A stretch of DNA of 64,000 nt from Escherichia coli (GCF_045037415.1 NZ_CP173438.1); one strand, 5' to 3'. Shown: positions 52,044 to 63,797, counted from the stretch's first letter. Translations and numbers: made by a program. The notes: generated by a model from the sequence alone, not told the origin.

Positions 52044-52643
52044 ATGAAGCCAGGGTGTACGCTGTTTATTCTCTTATGTTCTGCATTAACCGTTACAACA
52101 ACGGCGCATGCACAAACACCAGATACGGCAACGACCGCGCCTTATCTGCTGGCTGGAGCCCCTACTTTCGATCTCTCCATCAGCCAGTTTCGAGAAGACT
52201 TTAACAGCCAGAATCCCAGCCTGCCACTGAACGAATTTCGTGCCATCGACAGCAGTCCCGACAAAGCCAATCTCACTCGTGCAGCAAGTAAAATTAACGA
52301 GAACTTGTATGCTTCTACTGCGCTGGAGCGCGGTACCTTAAAAATCAAAAGCATTCAAATAACCTGGCTACCCATCCAGGGGCCAGAGCAAAAAGCCGCG
52401 AAAGCGAAAGCTCAGGCATACATGGCAGCGGTGATCCGCACACTCACCCCATTAATGACCAAAACTCAAAGCCAGAAAAAACTGCAGTCGCTACTAACGG
52501 CGGGGAAAAACAAACGTTATTACACCGAGACAGAAGGTGCACTGCGTTATGTTGTCGCGGACAACGGCGAAAAGGGGCTGACCTTCGCTGTTGAACCGAT
52601 TAAGCTGGCGCTATCTGAATCGCTTGAAGGTTTGAATAAATGA
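52044..52643 (+). CDS. yiiQ: DUF1454-family secreted protein
   Basis: 199-aa ORF with signal peptide MKPGCTLFILLCSALTVTTTAHA; synteny. Confidence 0.8.
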   Translation: MKPGCTLFILLCSALTVTTTAHAQTPDTATTAPYLLAGAPTFDLSISQFREDFNSQNPSLPLNEFRAIDSSPDKANLTRAASKINENLYASTALERGTLKIKSIQITWLPIQGPEQKAAKAKAQAYMAAVIRTLTPLMTKTQSQKKLQSLLTAGKNKRYYTETEGALRYVVADNGEKGLTFAVEPIKLALSESLEGLNK

Positions 52644-52750
52644 CAAAAAGCAAAGCCTTTGTGCCGATGAATCTCTATACTGTTTCACAGACCTGCTGCC
52701 CTGCGGGGCGGCCATCTTCCTTTATTCGCTTATAAGCGTGGAGAATTAAA

Positions 52751-53518
52751 ATGCGACATCCTTTAGTGATGGGTAACTGGAAACTGAACGGCAGCCGCCA
52801 CATGGTTCACGAGCTGGTTTCTAACCTGCGTAAAGAGCTGGCAGGTGTTGCTGGCTGTGCGGTTGCAATCGCACCACCGGAAATGTACATCGATATGGCG
52901 AAGCGTGAAGCTGAAGGCAGCCACATCATGCTGGGTGCGCAAAACGTGGACCTGAACCTGTCCGGCGCATTCACCGGTGAAACCTCTGCTGCTATGCTGA
53001 AAGACATCGGCGCACAGTACATCATCATCGGCCACTCTGAACGTCGTACTTACCACAAAGAATCTGACGAACTGATCGCGAAAAAATTCGCGGTGCTGAA
53101 AGAGCAGGGTCTAACTCCGGTTCTGTGCATCGGTGAAACCGAAGCGGAAAACGAAGCGGGCAAAACTGAAGAAGTTTGTGCACGTCAGATCGACGCGGTA
53201 CTGAAAACCCAGGGTGCTGCGGCATTCGAAGGTGCGGTTATCGCTTACGAACCTGTATGGGCAATCGGTACTGGCAAATCTGCAACTCCGGCTCAGGCAC
53301 AGGCTGTTCACAAATTCATCCGTGACCACATTGCTAAAGTTGACGCTAACATCGCTGAACAAGTGATCATTCAGTACGGCGGCTCTGTAAACGCGTCTAA
53401 CGCTGCAGAACTGTTTGCTCAGCCAGACATCGACGGCGCGCTGGTTGGCGGTGCTTCTCTGAAAGCTGACGCTTTCGCCGTGATCGTTAAAGCTGCAGAA
53501 GCGGCTAAACAGGCTTAA
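52751..53518 (+). CDS. tpiA: triosephosphate isomerase
   Basis: 255-aa [26 protein letters not shown]; active-site [11 protein letters not shown]. Confidence 0.97.
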
Positions 53519-53572
53519 GTCTGACAGGTGCCGGATTTCATATCCGGCACTTACTTTCCTAAACTCCTCGCC

Positions 53573-54328
53573 TTAACGCAAAATCTCACACTGATGATCC
53601 TGGATTTCTTCGGCTGAAGCACGGTTCAGCGTCAGTAGATTTCGTTGTGTCGCCAGCAATACAAATGAGTTATCACTCTGCCGTACCATCGCCAGCCCGT
53701 AGCTTCCCATATGTTCCCGCGCCTCAGGCACTTCTTCCGCCAGCATCATAAATGGGCTGCGTTGTACCAGTTCGCTTTCCGTTACCCGACGCGCCAGGTA
53801 CTCATGCCCACGCAAACCACCTGGCAGTGGCAACCAGCGGCTACTGATGTTCGCCAGATTGTTATCCAGCTGTTCGCGCACATCAGGACGAATACAAGAA
53901 ATATGAATATGAAAATGGTTTTGCGTACGCCCGGTGCGGGAGTTGATCGCCAGAGATACCGCGCGATCGGGAACAGGCTGGCCGTATTTTTGGCTCATAA
54001 AATCACGCGCCTGCCAGGCTAACCAGAAAAAATTAGGCGTTGACGGATCGGTCAACAATGGGCTTTCAGTACCGTTAATACGGTACGTTGGCATTAACAG
54101 ATATTGCAGTGGGCCATGACGATCTTTTAAAACCACGTATCCGGCGTTGGGTTTGACTTCCGCACATGGCGACGGGTTTTGGTTTTCCTGCTGGTTGGGC
54201 AAACATTGCTCAAGAACTATCTTACGTAACGTGTCTGACTCTTCACCGGTTAATTTCCAGTAACCAATACCGGCAGTCACAACGGCGATAACTATCATCA
54301 CCAAAAAAAGAAGACCCGCTTTTTTCAT
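53573..54328 (-). CDS. cdh: CDP-diacylglycerol pyrophosphatase
   Basis: Track ORF trimmed to [24 protein letters not shown] (251 aa); HFHIHIS HIT-like motif. Confidence 0.9.
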   Translation of the reverse strand: MKKAGLLFLVMIVIAVVTAGIGYWKLTGEESDTLRKIVLEQCLPNQQENQNPSPCAEVKPNAGYVVLKDRHGPLQYLLMPTYRINGTESPLLTDPSTPNFFWLAWQARDFMSQKYGQPVPDRAVSLAINSRTGRTQNHFHIHISCIRPDVREQLDNNLANISSRWLPLPGGLRGHEYLARRVTESELVQRSPFMMLAEEVPEAREHMGSYGLAMVRQSDNSFVLLATQRNLLTLNRASAEEIQDHQCEILR

Positions 54329-54434
54329 CTTTTTTTCCCTGTACCTCAAAGAGATGCAAGGGTAACGCAAAATCGTGACAAATAAAAAACCCAGTGGCGA
54401 GAAACCACCGGGCTTGATAATTATCCTGGGGAAA

Positions 54435-55424
54435 TCAGCGTTTGCTGATCTGATCGAACGTACCGCCGTTAGCAAAATGCTCTTTTTGCGCTTTCGTCCA
54501 GCCGCCGAACTCTTCATCAATGGTGAATAACTTCAATTTTGGAAACGCATTTTCGTACTTTTTCGCTACCTCAGCGTCGCGCGGACGGTAGTAGTTTTTC
54601 GCTGCAATTTCCTGACCTTCTGGCGAGTAGAGATATTTCAGGTAGGCTTCCGCCACCTCTTTGGTGCCTTTTTTCTCGACCACTTTATCGACCACCGACA
54701 CGGTTGGCTCTGCGAGGATAGACTCACTCGGCGTGACGATTTCGAATTTATCTTTCCCCAGTTCATTCGCTGCCAGCAGAGCTTCGTTTTCCCAGGCAAT
54801 CAGTACATCGCCAATTCCGCGCTCGACAAAAGTGTTAGTGGATCCACGCGCGCCAGAATCCAGAACTTCGACGTTTTTATACAGTGCCCGAACAAAATCC
54901 TGTGCTTTTGCCTGATCGTTGTTGTTGTGATGAAGCGCGTAGCCCCAGGCTGCCAGGTAATTCCAGCGCGCGCCACCAGAGCTTTTCGGATTAGGCGTGA
55001 TCACCGAAACACCCGGTTTAATCAGATCGTTCCAGTCATGGATCTGCTTCGGATTACCCTTACGTACCAGGAAAACAATGGTGGAAGTGTACGGTGCGGA
55101 GTTATCCGGCAGACGTTTGATCCACTCTTTATCAATCCGCCCGCGTTCCGCAATTGCGTCCACGTCATAGGCCAGAGCCAGCGTGACAACATCAGCTTCA
55201 ATACCGTTGATTACCGACGTCGCTTGTTTGCCTGAACCACCGTGTGACTGACGAATCACCACGTTATCGCCAGTTTGCTGTTTCCAGTGGGCGCTGAATG
55301 CCTTGTTGTACTGTTCGTACAATTCGCGCGTTGGATCATATGAAACGTTAAGAAGCTGAATATCCTTTGCCATAACGCTGGTTGCCACCAGCAAAAATGT
55401 TAACCCTACGCCCCACTTTTTCAT
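54435..55424 (-). CDS. sbp: periplasmic sulfate-binding protein
   Basis: 329-aa ORF with signal peptide [19 protein letters not shown]. Confidence 0.95.
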   Translation of the reverse strand: MKKWGVGLTFLLVATSVMAKDIQLLNVSYDPTRELYEQYNKAFSAHWKQQTGDNVVIRQSHGGSGKQATSVINGIEADVVTLALAYDVDAIAERGRIDKEWIKRLPDNSAPYTSTIVFLVRKGNPKQIHDWNDLIKPGVSVITPNPKSSGGARWNYLAAWGYALHHNNNDQAKAQDFVRALYKNVEVLDSGARGSTNTFVERGIGDVLIAWENEALLAANELGKDKFEIVTPSESILAEPTVSVVDKVVEKKGTKEVAEAYLKYLYSPEGQEIAAKNYYRPRDAEVAKKYENAFPKLKLFTIDEEFGGWTKAQKEHFANGGTFDQISKR

Positions 55425-55589
55425 CGCCCGACTCTCTTATGTTGTGTTGTGATGAGCAAAGCGTGCCAGAAGGTTGACCAAACATTAAAGAATAAAAAAA
55501 GATTGGCTATAACTTGCGAGTATATGTTGGGGGATTAAAAAGGCGGAAGAAATCCGCCTCATATTGCTGACAAAGTGCGCTTTGTCCAT

Positions 55590-55687
55590 GCCGGATGCGG
55601 CACAAACGCCTTATCCGGCCTACAAAAGTTTGCAAATTCAATAGATTACAGAATTCATGTAGGCCTGATAAGCGAAGCGCATCAGGC
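55590..55687. repeat. REP pair (BIME)
   Basis: gccggatgcggcacaaacgccttatccggcctaca and gtaggcctgataagcgaagcgcatcaggc. Confidence 0.8.
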
Positions 55688-55743
55688 CTTTTTGCTTCTG
55701 TCATCGGTTTCAGGCTAAAGGAATCTGCCTTTTTCCGAAATCA

Positions 55744-56706
55744 TTAATACAGTTTTTTCGCGCAGTCCAGCCAGTCGCCTTTGAACGGACGCTTCATGTT
55801 TTCGATAGCGTCGATGATGTCGTGGTGAACCAGCTGTTCGTTCTGGATACCTACGCAACGACCACCGTAACCTGCCAGCAGCAGATCGATAGCGTAAGCG
55901 CCCATACGGGAAGCCAGAATACGGTCGTAAGGCACCGGAGAACCACCGCGCTGGATGTGGCCCAGCACAGTTGCGCGGGTTTCACGACCGGTTTCTTTCT
56001 CGATGAAATGCGCCAGTTCGTCAACATCACACATATGTTCGGTAATCGCCACGATCGCGTGTTTTTTACCTTTCGCGATACCCGCTTTGATTTCGTTTAC
56101 CAGGTCTTCACGGCTGAATTCAACTTCCGGAACCACAACGAATTCACAGCCACCGGCAATGGCCGCAGCCAACGTCAGATCGCCACAATAACGGCCCATC
56201 ACTTCCACCACGGAAATACGCTGGTGAGAAGAAGAGGTGTCACGCAGACGGTCGATCGCTTCTACAACGGTGCTCAGCGCAGTGAAGAAACCGATAGTGT
56301 AGTCAGTGCCTTTGATGTCGTTGTCGATAGTGCCCGGCAGGCCGATGCACGGGAAGCCCATTTCGGTCAGACGCATTGCACCCATGTAGGAACCGTCACC
56401 GCCGATAACCACCAGCGCGTCGATCCCACGTTTTTTCAGGTTTTCGATAGCCACGGCGCGGATGTTCTCGTCGCGGAATTCCGGGAAACGCGCAGAACCG
56501 AGGAACGTACCGCCACGGTTGATCATGTCAGAAACGCTGTAACGGTCTAGCTGTACCATACGGTCTTCATACAGACCCAGATAGCCGTCATAAATGCCCA
56601 TTACTTCCAGACCTTCTGTCAGCGCAGAACGAACAACCCCGCGAATTGCGGCGTTCATGCCTGGCGCATCACCGCCGCTTGTCAACACACCGATTTTCTT
56701 AATCAT
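55744..56706 (-). CDS. pfkA: 6-phosphofructokinase I
   Basis: Track ORF trimmed to [28 protein letters not shown] (320 aa). Confidence 0.97.
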
Positions 56707-56886
56707 GACTACCTCTGAACTTTGGAATGCAAAATGAAATCTGTTGCCGGAAGTCTTCTTGCACATCGAAGTGATCCAACGAATGTGCAAATAGTATAAC
56801 AATCACTTCCTGCTGAATTGATTCAGGTCAGGCCAAATGGCGGTATTTTATACACAAAATGCGGGTCTGGCTCTCTTTTATACTGA

Positions 56887-57789
56887 TTATGAAAGCATAG
56901 ACCGTTTACCCTCCCTGGGTACGACGGAACAGGGGTCCTGATGGATAATCACATCCGATCCCGGAAAACGCCGTAAAATAGCCTGCTCTACCTGATCCGC
57001 CACCATATGTGCCTGAACCAAAGGCAGAGAGTCTTCCATTTCCAAATGAATCTGAATAAAGCGGGTCGGCCCTGACTGCCGCGTGCGAAGATCGTGAGCG
57101 CCGCTAACACCCGGCCAGGAAGTCACGATATCAATAATTTCTTGCCGTTCCTCATCAGGCAATGCGCGATCCAGTAATGACTGTACCGCCTCATATCCCA
57201 TGCGTAACGCGCTATATAAAATATAGATGCCGATCCCCAATGCAAACAGAGCATCGGCGCGATGCCAGCCGTACCAGGACAACCCCAGCGCCAGCAGAAT
57301 TGCGCCGTTCATCATAACATCAGACTGGTAATGTAGCATATCAGCCCGCACCGCCTGGCTTTGCGTCCGGCGCACCACCCAACGCTGAAACGAGACAAGG
57401 ATAATCGTACAAATTAGCGCCACAATTGTCACGATAACCCCGACGCCTGGATCTGTCATCGGTGTTGGAGATACCAGATGTTGAATACCCGTCAAAAACA
57501 GGAATAGTGCCGAACCGGAGATAAACATACTTTGCGCCAGCGCCGCGAGGGACTCAGCTTTACCGTGACCAAACGAGTGATTATCGTCGGCAGGTTGCAG
57601 GGAATATCGCACCACCAGTAAATTCGTCAACGACGCACCGATATCCACCAGCGAATCCACCAGCGCGGCGAGAATACTCACCGACCCGGTATACCACCAT
57701 GCAAAAATTTTAATCAGCAATAGCAGCGAAGCCATCGCCGTCGCAGCAATCGCCGCCCGACTGACCAGCCGTCCATAAGATTGATTCAT
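56887..57789 (-). CDS. fieF: cation diffusion facilitator Zn/Fe efflux transporter
   Basis: Track ORF trimmed to [25 protein letters not shown] (300 aa). Confidence 0.93.
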   Translation of the reverse strand: MNQSYGRLVSRAAIAATAMASLLLLIKIFAWWYTGSVSILAALVDSLVDIGASLTNLLVVRYSLQPADDNHSFGHGKAESLAALAQSMFISGSALFLFLTGIQHLVSPTPMTDPGVGVIVTIVALICTIILVSFQRWVVRRTQSQAVRADMLHYQSDVMMNGAILLALGLSWYGWHRADALFALGIGIYILYSALRMGYEAVQSLLDRALPDEERQEIIDIVTSWPGVSGAHDLRTRQSGPTRFIQIHLEMEDSLPLVQAHMVADQVEQAILRRFPGSDVIIHQDPCSVVPREGKRSMLS

Positions 57790-57870
57790 AAATACTCCCG
57801 CTATCAACTGACGGTAGTATAACGGAAGCAAATCATCTGCAATGCATTAAGCAGCAGGCAAATTGAGGAT

Positions 57871-57937
57871 AAAAAAAACCCCCACATCATGTGGGGGAAG
57901 ACAGGGATGGTGTCTATGGCAAGGAAAACAGGGTTTA
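57871..57937 (-). ncRNA. cpxQ: probable CpxQ sRNA (processed cpxP 3'UTR) with rho-independent terminator
   Basis: Region immediately downstream of the cpxP stop ends in hairpin ccccacatgatgtggggg plus T-tract on the minus strand (plus-strand 57871..57897); exact 5' end not determinable from sequence. Confidence 0.45.
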
Positions 57938-58438
57938 CTACTGGGAACGTGAGTTGCTACTACTCAATAGCTTCAACGATGAACTTTTTTGCCATTGCGT
58001 CACGTCGCGCAACTGCTCCATTCGTTGTTGATGTTTCTCGTTTAAAACCGCTTGCTGCTCCGGCGTTAACAGGCGATACATTTGGTTGCGGACTTTTGCC
58101 ATCTCAACCTGACGAGCAATTTGCTCATTCGCCATTTTTTCTGCCTGTGCGCGCACAGCGTTTTCATCAAAATTTTCTGCGGTGACAAGGCGATGCATTG
58201 TCTCCAGTTCGCTAACATTAACAGGAGGCTGTTCGTGCCGGGCCTGTTGCATAAGATCTCGCATCTGCTGACGCTGATGTTCGGTTAAACTTATGCCGTC
58301 GAACATATGGCTCTGCGTACTGCGCTGCGTAAGTTCTTCACCCGGATGCCAGTTATCGCCTGAACCGACTTCAGCAGCGTGGCTTAATGAACTGACTGCC
58401 AGCGTTGAGGCCATGACGGCAGCGGTAACTATGCGCAT
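57938..58438 (-). CDS. cpxP: periplasmic Cpx pathway inhibitor/adaptor CpxP
   Basis: Track ORF trimmed to [39 protein letters not shown] (166 aa). Confidence 0.95.
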
Positions 58439-58517
58439 CATTTGCTCCCAAAATCTTTCTGTCGCGATTCAACGATAGAGAGTTTACGATTCAGGCTGCA
58501 AACATGCGTCAGGGGGT

Positions 58518-58532
58518 GTAAAACAACGTAAA
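58518..58532. promoter_or_regulatory. CpxR-P binding site in divergent cpxP/cpxRA promoter region
   Basis: gtaaaacaacgtaaa matches the GTAAA-N5-GTAAA CpxR consensus. Confidence 0.7.
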
Positions 58533-58587
58533 GTCATGGATTAGCGACGTCTGATGACGTAATTTCTGCCTCGGAGGTATTTAAACA

Positions 58588-59286
58588 ATGAATAAAATCC
58601 TGTTAGTTGATGATGACCGAGAGCTGACTTCCCTATTAAAGGAGCTGCTCGAGATGGAAGGCTTCAACGTGATTGTTGCCCACGATGGGGAACAGGCGCT
58701 TGATCTTCTGGACGACAGCATTGATTTACTTTTGCTTGATGTAATGATGCCGAAGAAAAATGGTATCGACACATTAAAAGCACTTCGCCAGACACACCAG
58801 ACGCCTGTCATTATGTTGACGGCGCGCGGCAGTGAACTTGATCGCGTTCTCGGCCTTGAGCTGGGCGCAGATGACTATCTCCCGAAACCGTTTAATGATC
58901 GTGAGCTGGTGGCACGTATTCGCGCGATCCTGCGCCGTTCGCACTGGAGCGAACAACAGCAAAACAACGACAACGGTTCACCGACACTGGAAGTTGATGC
59001 CTTAAGTCTCAATCCTGGTCGCCAGGAAGCCACCTTCGACGGGCAAACGCTGGAGTTAACCGGTACGGAGTTTACCCTGCTCTATTTGCTGGCACAGCAT
59101 CTGGGTCAGGTGGTTTCCCGTGAGCATTTAAGCCAGGAAGTGCTGGGCAAGCGCCTGACGCCTTTCGACCGCGCTATCGATATGCACATTTCCAACCTGC
59201 GTCGTAAACTGCCGGATCGTAAAGATGGTCACCCGTGGTTTAAAACCTTGCGTGGTCGCGGCTATCTGATGGTTTCTGCTTCATGA
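58588..59286 (+). CDS. cpxR: envelope stress response regulator CpxR
   Basis: 232-aa ORF MNKILLVDDDRELTSLLKELLEMEGF (OmpR family). Confidence 0.97.
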   Translation: MNKILLVDDDRELTSLLKELLEMEGFNVIVAHDGEQALDLLDDSIDLLLLDVMMPKKNGIDTLKALRQTHQTPVIMLTARGSELDRVLGLELGADDYLPKPFNDRELVARIRAILRRSHWSEQQQNNDNGSPTLEVDALSLNPGRQEATFDGQTLELTGTEFTLLYLLAQHLGQVVSREHLSQEVLGKRLTPFDRAIDMHISNLRRKLPDRKDGHPWFKTLRGRGYLMVSAS

Positions 59287-60656
59287 TAGGCAGCTTAACC
59301 GCGCGCATCTTCGCCATCTTCTGGCTGACGCTGGCGCTGGTGTTGATGTTGGTTTTGATGTTACCCAAGCTCGATTCACGCCAGATGACCGAGCTTCTGG
59401 ATAGCGAACAGCGTCAGGGTCTGATGATTGAGCAGCATGTCGAAGCGGAGCTGGCGAACGATCCGCCCAACGATTTAATGTGGTGGCGGCGTCTGTTCCG
59501 GGCGATTGATAAGTGGGCACCGCCAGGACAGCGTTTGTTACTGGTGACCACCGAAGGCCGCGTGATCGGCGCTGAACGCAGCGAAATGCAGATCATTCGT
59601 AACTTTATTGGTCAGGCCGATAACGCCGATCATCCGCAGAAGAAAAAGTATGGCCGCGTGGAACTGGTCGGTCCGTTCTCCGTGCGTGATGGCGAAGATA
59701 ATTACCAACTTTATCTGATTCGTCCGGCCAGCAGTTCTCAATCCGATTTCATAAACTTACTGTTTGACCGCCCGCTATTACTGCTGATTGTCACCATGCT
59801 GGTCAGTACGCCGCTGCTGTTGTGGTTGGCCTGGAGTCTGGCAAAACCGGCGCGTAAGCTGAAAAACGCTGCCGATGAAGTTGCCCAGGGAAACTTACGC
59901 CAGCACCCGGAACTGGAAGCGGGGCCACAGGAATTCCTTGCCGCCGGTGCCAGTTTTAACCAGATGGTCACCGCGCTGGAGCGCATGATGACCTCTCAGC
60001 AGCGTCTACTTTCTGATATCTCTCACGAACTGCGCACCCCGCTGACGCGTCTGCAACTGGGTACGGCGTTACTGCGCCGTCGTAGCGGTGAAAGCAAGGA
60101 ACTGGAGCGTATTGAAACCGAAGCGCAACGTCTGGACAGCATGATCAACGATCTGTTGGTGATGTCACGTAATCAGCAGAAAAATGCGCTGGTTAGCGAG
60201 ACCATCAAAGCCAACCAGTTGTGGAGTGAAGTGCTGGATAACGCGGCGTTCGAAGCCGAGCAAATGGGCAAGTCGTTGACGGTTAACTTCCCACCTGGGC
60301 CGTGGCCGCTGTACGGCAACCCGAACGCCCTGGAAAGTGCGCTGGAAAACATTGTTCGTAATGCTCTGCGTTATTCCCATACGAAGATTGAAGTGGGCTT
60401 TGCGGTAGATAAAGACGGTATCACCATTACGGTGGACGACGATGGTCCTGGCGTTAGCCCGGAAGATCGCGAACAGATTTTCCGTCCGTTCTATCGGACC
60501 GATGAAGCACGCGATCGTGAATCTGGCGGTACAGGTTTGGGGCTGGCGATTGTTGAAACCGCCATTCAGCAGCATCGTGGCTGGGTGAAGGCAGAAGACA
60601 GCCCGCTGGGCGGTTTACGGCTGGTGATTTGGTTGCCGCTGTATAAGCGGTCATAA
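59283..60656 (+). CDS. cpxA: envelope stress sensor histidine kinase CpxA
   Basis: 457-aa ORF; H-box SHELRTPLTRL; 4-bp overlap with cpxR. Confidence 0.97.
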   Translation: MIGSLTARIFAIFWLTLALVLMLVLMLPKLDSRQMTELLDSEQRQGLMIEQHVEAELANDPPNDLMWWRRLFRAIDKWAPPGQRLLLVTTEGRVIGAERSEMQIIRNFIGQADNADHPQKKKYGRVELVGPFSVRDGEDNYQLYLIRPASSSQSDFINLLFDRPLLLLIVTMLVSTPLLLWLAWSLAKPARKLKNAADEVAQGNLRQHPELEAGPQEFLAAGASFNQMVTALERMMTSQQRLLSDISHELRTPLTRLQLGTALLRRRSGESKELERIETEAQRLDSMINDLLVMSRNQQKNALVSETIKANQLWSEVLDNAAFEAEQMGKSLTVNFPPGPWPLYGNPNALESALENIVRNALRYSHTKIEVGFAVDKDGITITVDDDGPGVSPEDREQIFRPFYRTDEARDRESGGTGLGLAIVETAIQQHRGWVKAEDSPLGGLRLVIWLPLYKRS

Positions 60657-60679
60657 CGTCAACCTTCAGGTAAAAAAAT

Positions 60680-60816
60680 GCCTGATGCACTACGCTTATC
60701 AGGCCTACAAAACCTGTTGAATTTATGGGTTTTGTAGGCTGGATAAGGCGTTTACGCCGCATCCGGCATTTGAGCAGGATGCCTGATGCGACGCTGATAG
60801 CGTCTTATCAGGCCTA
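60680..60816. repeat. BIME cluster of three REP elements
   Basis: gcctgatgcactacgcttatcaggcctac; gtaggctggataaggcgtttacgccgcatccggca; gcctgatgcgacgctgatagcgtcttatcaggcctac. Confidence 0.85.
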
Positions 60817-60826
60817 CACTCCGGGG

Positions 60827-61501
60827 TTATTTTCCCCACAAACGGCGGGAAAAATCTTCGATCTTGCCGCTCAGTCGGCGCTTTTGCATCGTTCGCGTCC
60901 AGCTTTTCGATAACCCTGCAACGGAGAGTAAACGGTGATACTGATCGTCATCAAACGGCATATGCCATGCGATGGCGGCAGCCTCCTGCACGGTCACATC
61001 GCTGACACGGGAAACCAACTCCAGTGGCGCATCAGCAGATACCAACCCTGGTGCAATTACGCTATACAACCACCCCACTTTACCCGTGTTTTGCATCAAC
61101 TGCGCTATATCGCTGATATCAAAATGGTAATTGAGTTTATAGCAAGGTGAGCGTGGCTGGCTGACCTGAATTAATGCCTCTCCCCAGCGGAAAATATCAC
61201 CAATATAAACATTACTTTCCGTCAGACCGTCGGTTGAGAGATTTTCGCCAAACGCAGGCGCAACAAACAGCTCCGCCTGTTCCGGAAATTCCCGCGCCCA
61301 GTAGAGATAATGCTCACGAGGATAATGACACAGCGCTCTGTCTGGCCCGCCGTGGATCTTTTTCTCCGCCTGTTCGTCACCTTCCAGCCCCAGGTCCGTC
61401 AGCATCAACTCACCATCAACCTGGATTTTGGCAATTGCGCTGGGTTTGCCTTCGGGATAAGCCTGAATCTTGCCTGTGTATACATCAACCGGATATCGCA
61501 T
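60827..61501 (-). CDS. yiiM: MOSC-domain protein (N-hydroxylated base analog detoxification)
   Basis: Track ORF trimmed to MRYPVDVYTGKIQAYPEG (224 aa); synteny. Confidence 0.85.
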   Translation of the reverse strand: MRYPVDVYTGKIQAYPEGKPSAIAKIQVDGELMLTDLGLEGDEQAEKKIHGGPDRALCHYPREHYLYWAREFPEQAELFVAPAFGENLSTDGLTESNVYIGDIFRWGEALIQVSQPRSPCYKLNYHFDISDIAQLMQNTGKVGWLYSVIAPGLVSADAPLELVSRVSDVTVQEAAAIAWHMPFDDDQYHRLLSVAGLSKSWTRTMQKRRLSGKIEDFSRRLWGK

Positions 61502-61649
61502 CTGTTCCCTCTCCACGAGAAATTTCCCCATTAGACCATATTTATTTTATGTCAGGCGTGCTGTTTTCGCGGTAAGTATCCAGGCAGAAACGCAATTGAA
61601 AACCGGACGAACGTTAGTTCATCCGGCTGTGGGGATTAAGGAAGCTGGT

Positions 61650-62633
61650 TTATTTCACCGTACCTAAAATTTCGATTTTCGCCGCTCTGGCTTTGACTTT
61701 ACGTGACCAGATAGAGGTAAGAATTGGCACCAGAATCGAAGTCACAATGACCGCCGTCGCTACCAGCGAAGTTGCTGCCGGAGCCATAGGTTTAAACGCA
61801 GGCACCATTTCTGCAATCAGCACAGGTGTCGCTACCGCGGCCCCAGCGGAACTGGAAGCGGCAATTCCGGCAGTGCCATCGCCACCGCCAATCAATTTAT
61901 CGGCGATAATCAACGGAATACCGGTCACGATAATTACTGCCACACCCAACAGGATCCCCAGCAAACCTGTCTGGGCAATTACAGTCAAATCAATGGTATT
62001 GCCCAGTGCGAAGGCAAAGAATGGAATCAGCGTCTGCACCGCTTTGCTGAAAAATTCTCGTAACTCAGGGTCAAGGTTCCCCAGGGCAAAGCCCACCAGG
62101 AACGGCAATACTGCGCCGACGAAAACATGCGGTTCAAACGAGGCAATCCCGGCAGTGCCCAGAATAATCATCGTCATGAGCGGCCCGGACTCCAACGACA
62201 TCAACACAAATGCCCCAGCTTCTTCTTTTGTGCCGTACTGCTGCATGATGGAAGCGTAAAGTCCGCCGTTGGTCATATCCATCGCCGCCACCAGCGCCAA
62301 CGTTGAAAGTCCGGCAAAAAATCCAACTTCAACACCATGTTCCGGAATAATGCGCGAGGCAATTGCCGCAACCACCCACGCGACGGCAATTTTAGTTACC
62401 ACCAGCGTACCGGATTTACGCAGTACCGTTCCCGTCGCGCTTAATTTTATTGACGCCCCCATGCAAAAAAACCACACCGCCAGAATGGGCACCGTACCGG
62501 TAATCATCCCGTTGGTGAATGATCCAAAATATTTCCCCGCCCCCGGCGAGAAGGTGTGGCACAGTGCGCCAAGGAATAGCGGGACGAGCATCATCCCCCC
62601 CGGGATTTTCTCAATCGAGCGTTTTATCTGCAT
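61650..62633 (-). CDS. kdgT: 2-keto-3-deoxygluconate permease
   Basis: Track ORF trimmed to [23 protein letters not shown] (327 aa). Confidence 0.9.
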
Positions 62634-62752
62634 TTCCATCACCTGTCGGCATATTTTTAAGGGCTGATGCGTCATTCCTCAACGGAGCATCAGTGTTGAT
62701 GGAAACGAAGATAAACATTCATTTGATCAATAAAAGTGATCAAAACCACATC

Positions 62753-62773
62753 AATTGAAACGATGTTTTATTT
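62753..62773. promoter_or_regulatory. candidate KdgR operator upstream of kdgT
   Basis: aattgaaacgatgttttattt, imperfect dyad about 120 bp upstream of the kdgT start. Confidence 0.35.
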
Positions 62774-62807
62774 TTATCGGATCGTTGTTTTTATTTTGAA
62801 AGTGATC

Positions 62808-62880
62808 ACAAAAAAACCACCGCCGTTGGCGATGGTTCATTTTTTAAGCTGCAATGCGGCGTAAACGCCTCATTGCAGCA
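62808..62880 (-). terminator. sodA terminator region (two hairpins)
   Basis: On the minus strand: gctgcaatgaggcgtttacgccgcattgcagc, then accatcgccaacggcggtggt followed by ttttttt. Confidence 0.6.
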
Positions 62881-62892
62881 GGCGTCAAATGA

Positions 62893-63513
62893 TTATTTTT
62901 TCGCCGCGAAACGTGCCGCTGCTTCGTCCCAGTTCACCACGTTCCAGAACTCTTTAATGTAGTCCGGACGGCGGTTCTGGAATTTCAGGTAGTAAGCATG
63001 TTCCCACACATCCAGGCCCACAATCGGGAAGCCGGAAGCGCCAGAAATGGCTTCGCCCATCAGCGGAGAGTCCTGGTTAGCAGTAGAAACCACCGCCAGT
63101 TTATCGCCTTTTTGCACCAGCCATGCCCAGCCGGAACCAAAGCGGGAAGCTGCCGCTTTTTCAAATTCTGCTTTGAAATTATCAACGGAACCGAAATCAC
63201 GTTCGATAGCCGCTTTCAGGTCGCCCTGCAGGGTGGTGCCTTTTTTCAGACCTTTCCAGAACAGACTGTGGTTAGCGTGACCGCCAGCGTTATTGCGCAG
63301 TACGGTTTTCTTGTCTGCTGGCAGCTGGTCCAGTTTGGTGATCAGCTCTTCAACCGGCAGGTTAGCGAATTCTGGCAGGCTTTCCAGCGCCGCATTGGCG
63401 TTGTTAACGTAGGCCTGATGGTGTTTGGTGTGGTGGATTTCCATGGTCTGCTTATCGAAGTGCGGTTCCAGGGCATCGTAAGCATACGGCAGGGATGGCA
63501 GGGTATAACTCAT
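62893..63513 (-). CDS. sodA: manganese superoxide dismutase
   Basis: Track ORF trimmed to [33 protein letters not shown] (206 aa). Confidence 0.97.
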   Translation of the reverse strand: MSYTLPSLPYAYDALEPHFDKQTMEIHHTKHHQAYVNNANAALESLPEFANLPVEELITKLDQLPADKKTVLRNNAGGHANHSLFWKGLKKGTTLQGDLKAAIERDFGSVDNFKAEFEKAAASRFGSGWAWLVQKGDKLAVVSTANQDSPLMGEAISGASGFPIVGLDVWEHAYYLKFQNRRPDYIKEFWNVVNWDEAAARFAAKK

Positions 63514-63584
63514 ATTCATCTCCAGTGTGGTCGGGCGGCCGATTGTTAATGCCGCGTAAGCAGTTGGTTCATTATAGTTAATTA

Positions 63585-63610
63585 AATGATATTGAAAATG
63601 ATTATCAATG
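63585..63610. promoter_or_regulatory. Fur box in sodA promoter region
   Basis: Minus-strand cattgataatcattttcaatatcatt resembles the GATAATGATAATCATTATC Fur consensus. Confidence 0.5.
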
Positions 63611-63797
63611 CCGTACTTTTCATAAGGGTATGGTTTTGCAGGAAAATGCCCAAGATGTGAAGCAAATCACCCACTTAATGCCGTGATTGCCAGTAAATCG
63701 GCAGCGGCGGCAACAGGCGAAAGGTTAATCGACAGCTCAATTTTTACACTCATCTCGTCGGAGATGTGACGCGACGAAAAATGATGAGGATAAGAAG

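Noticed and set aside
55822-56550. 242-aa plus-strand ORF antisense to pfkA
   Set aside because: Antisense within pfkA, with biased composition.
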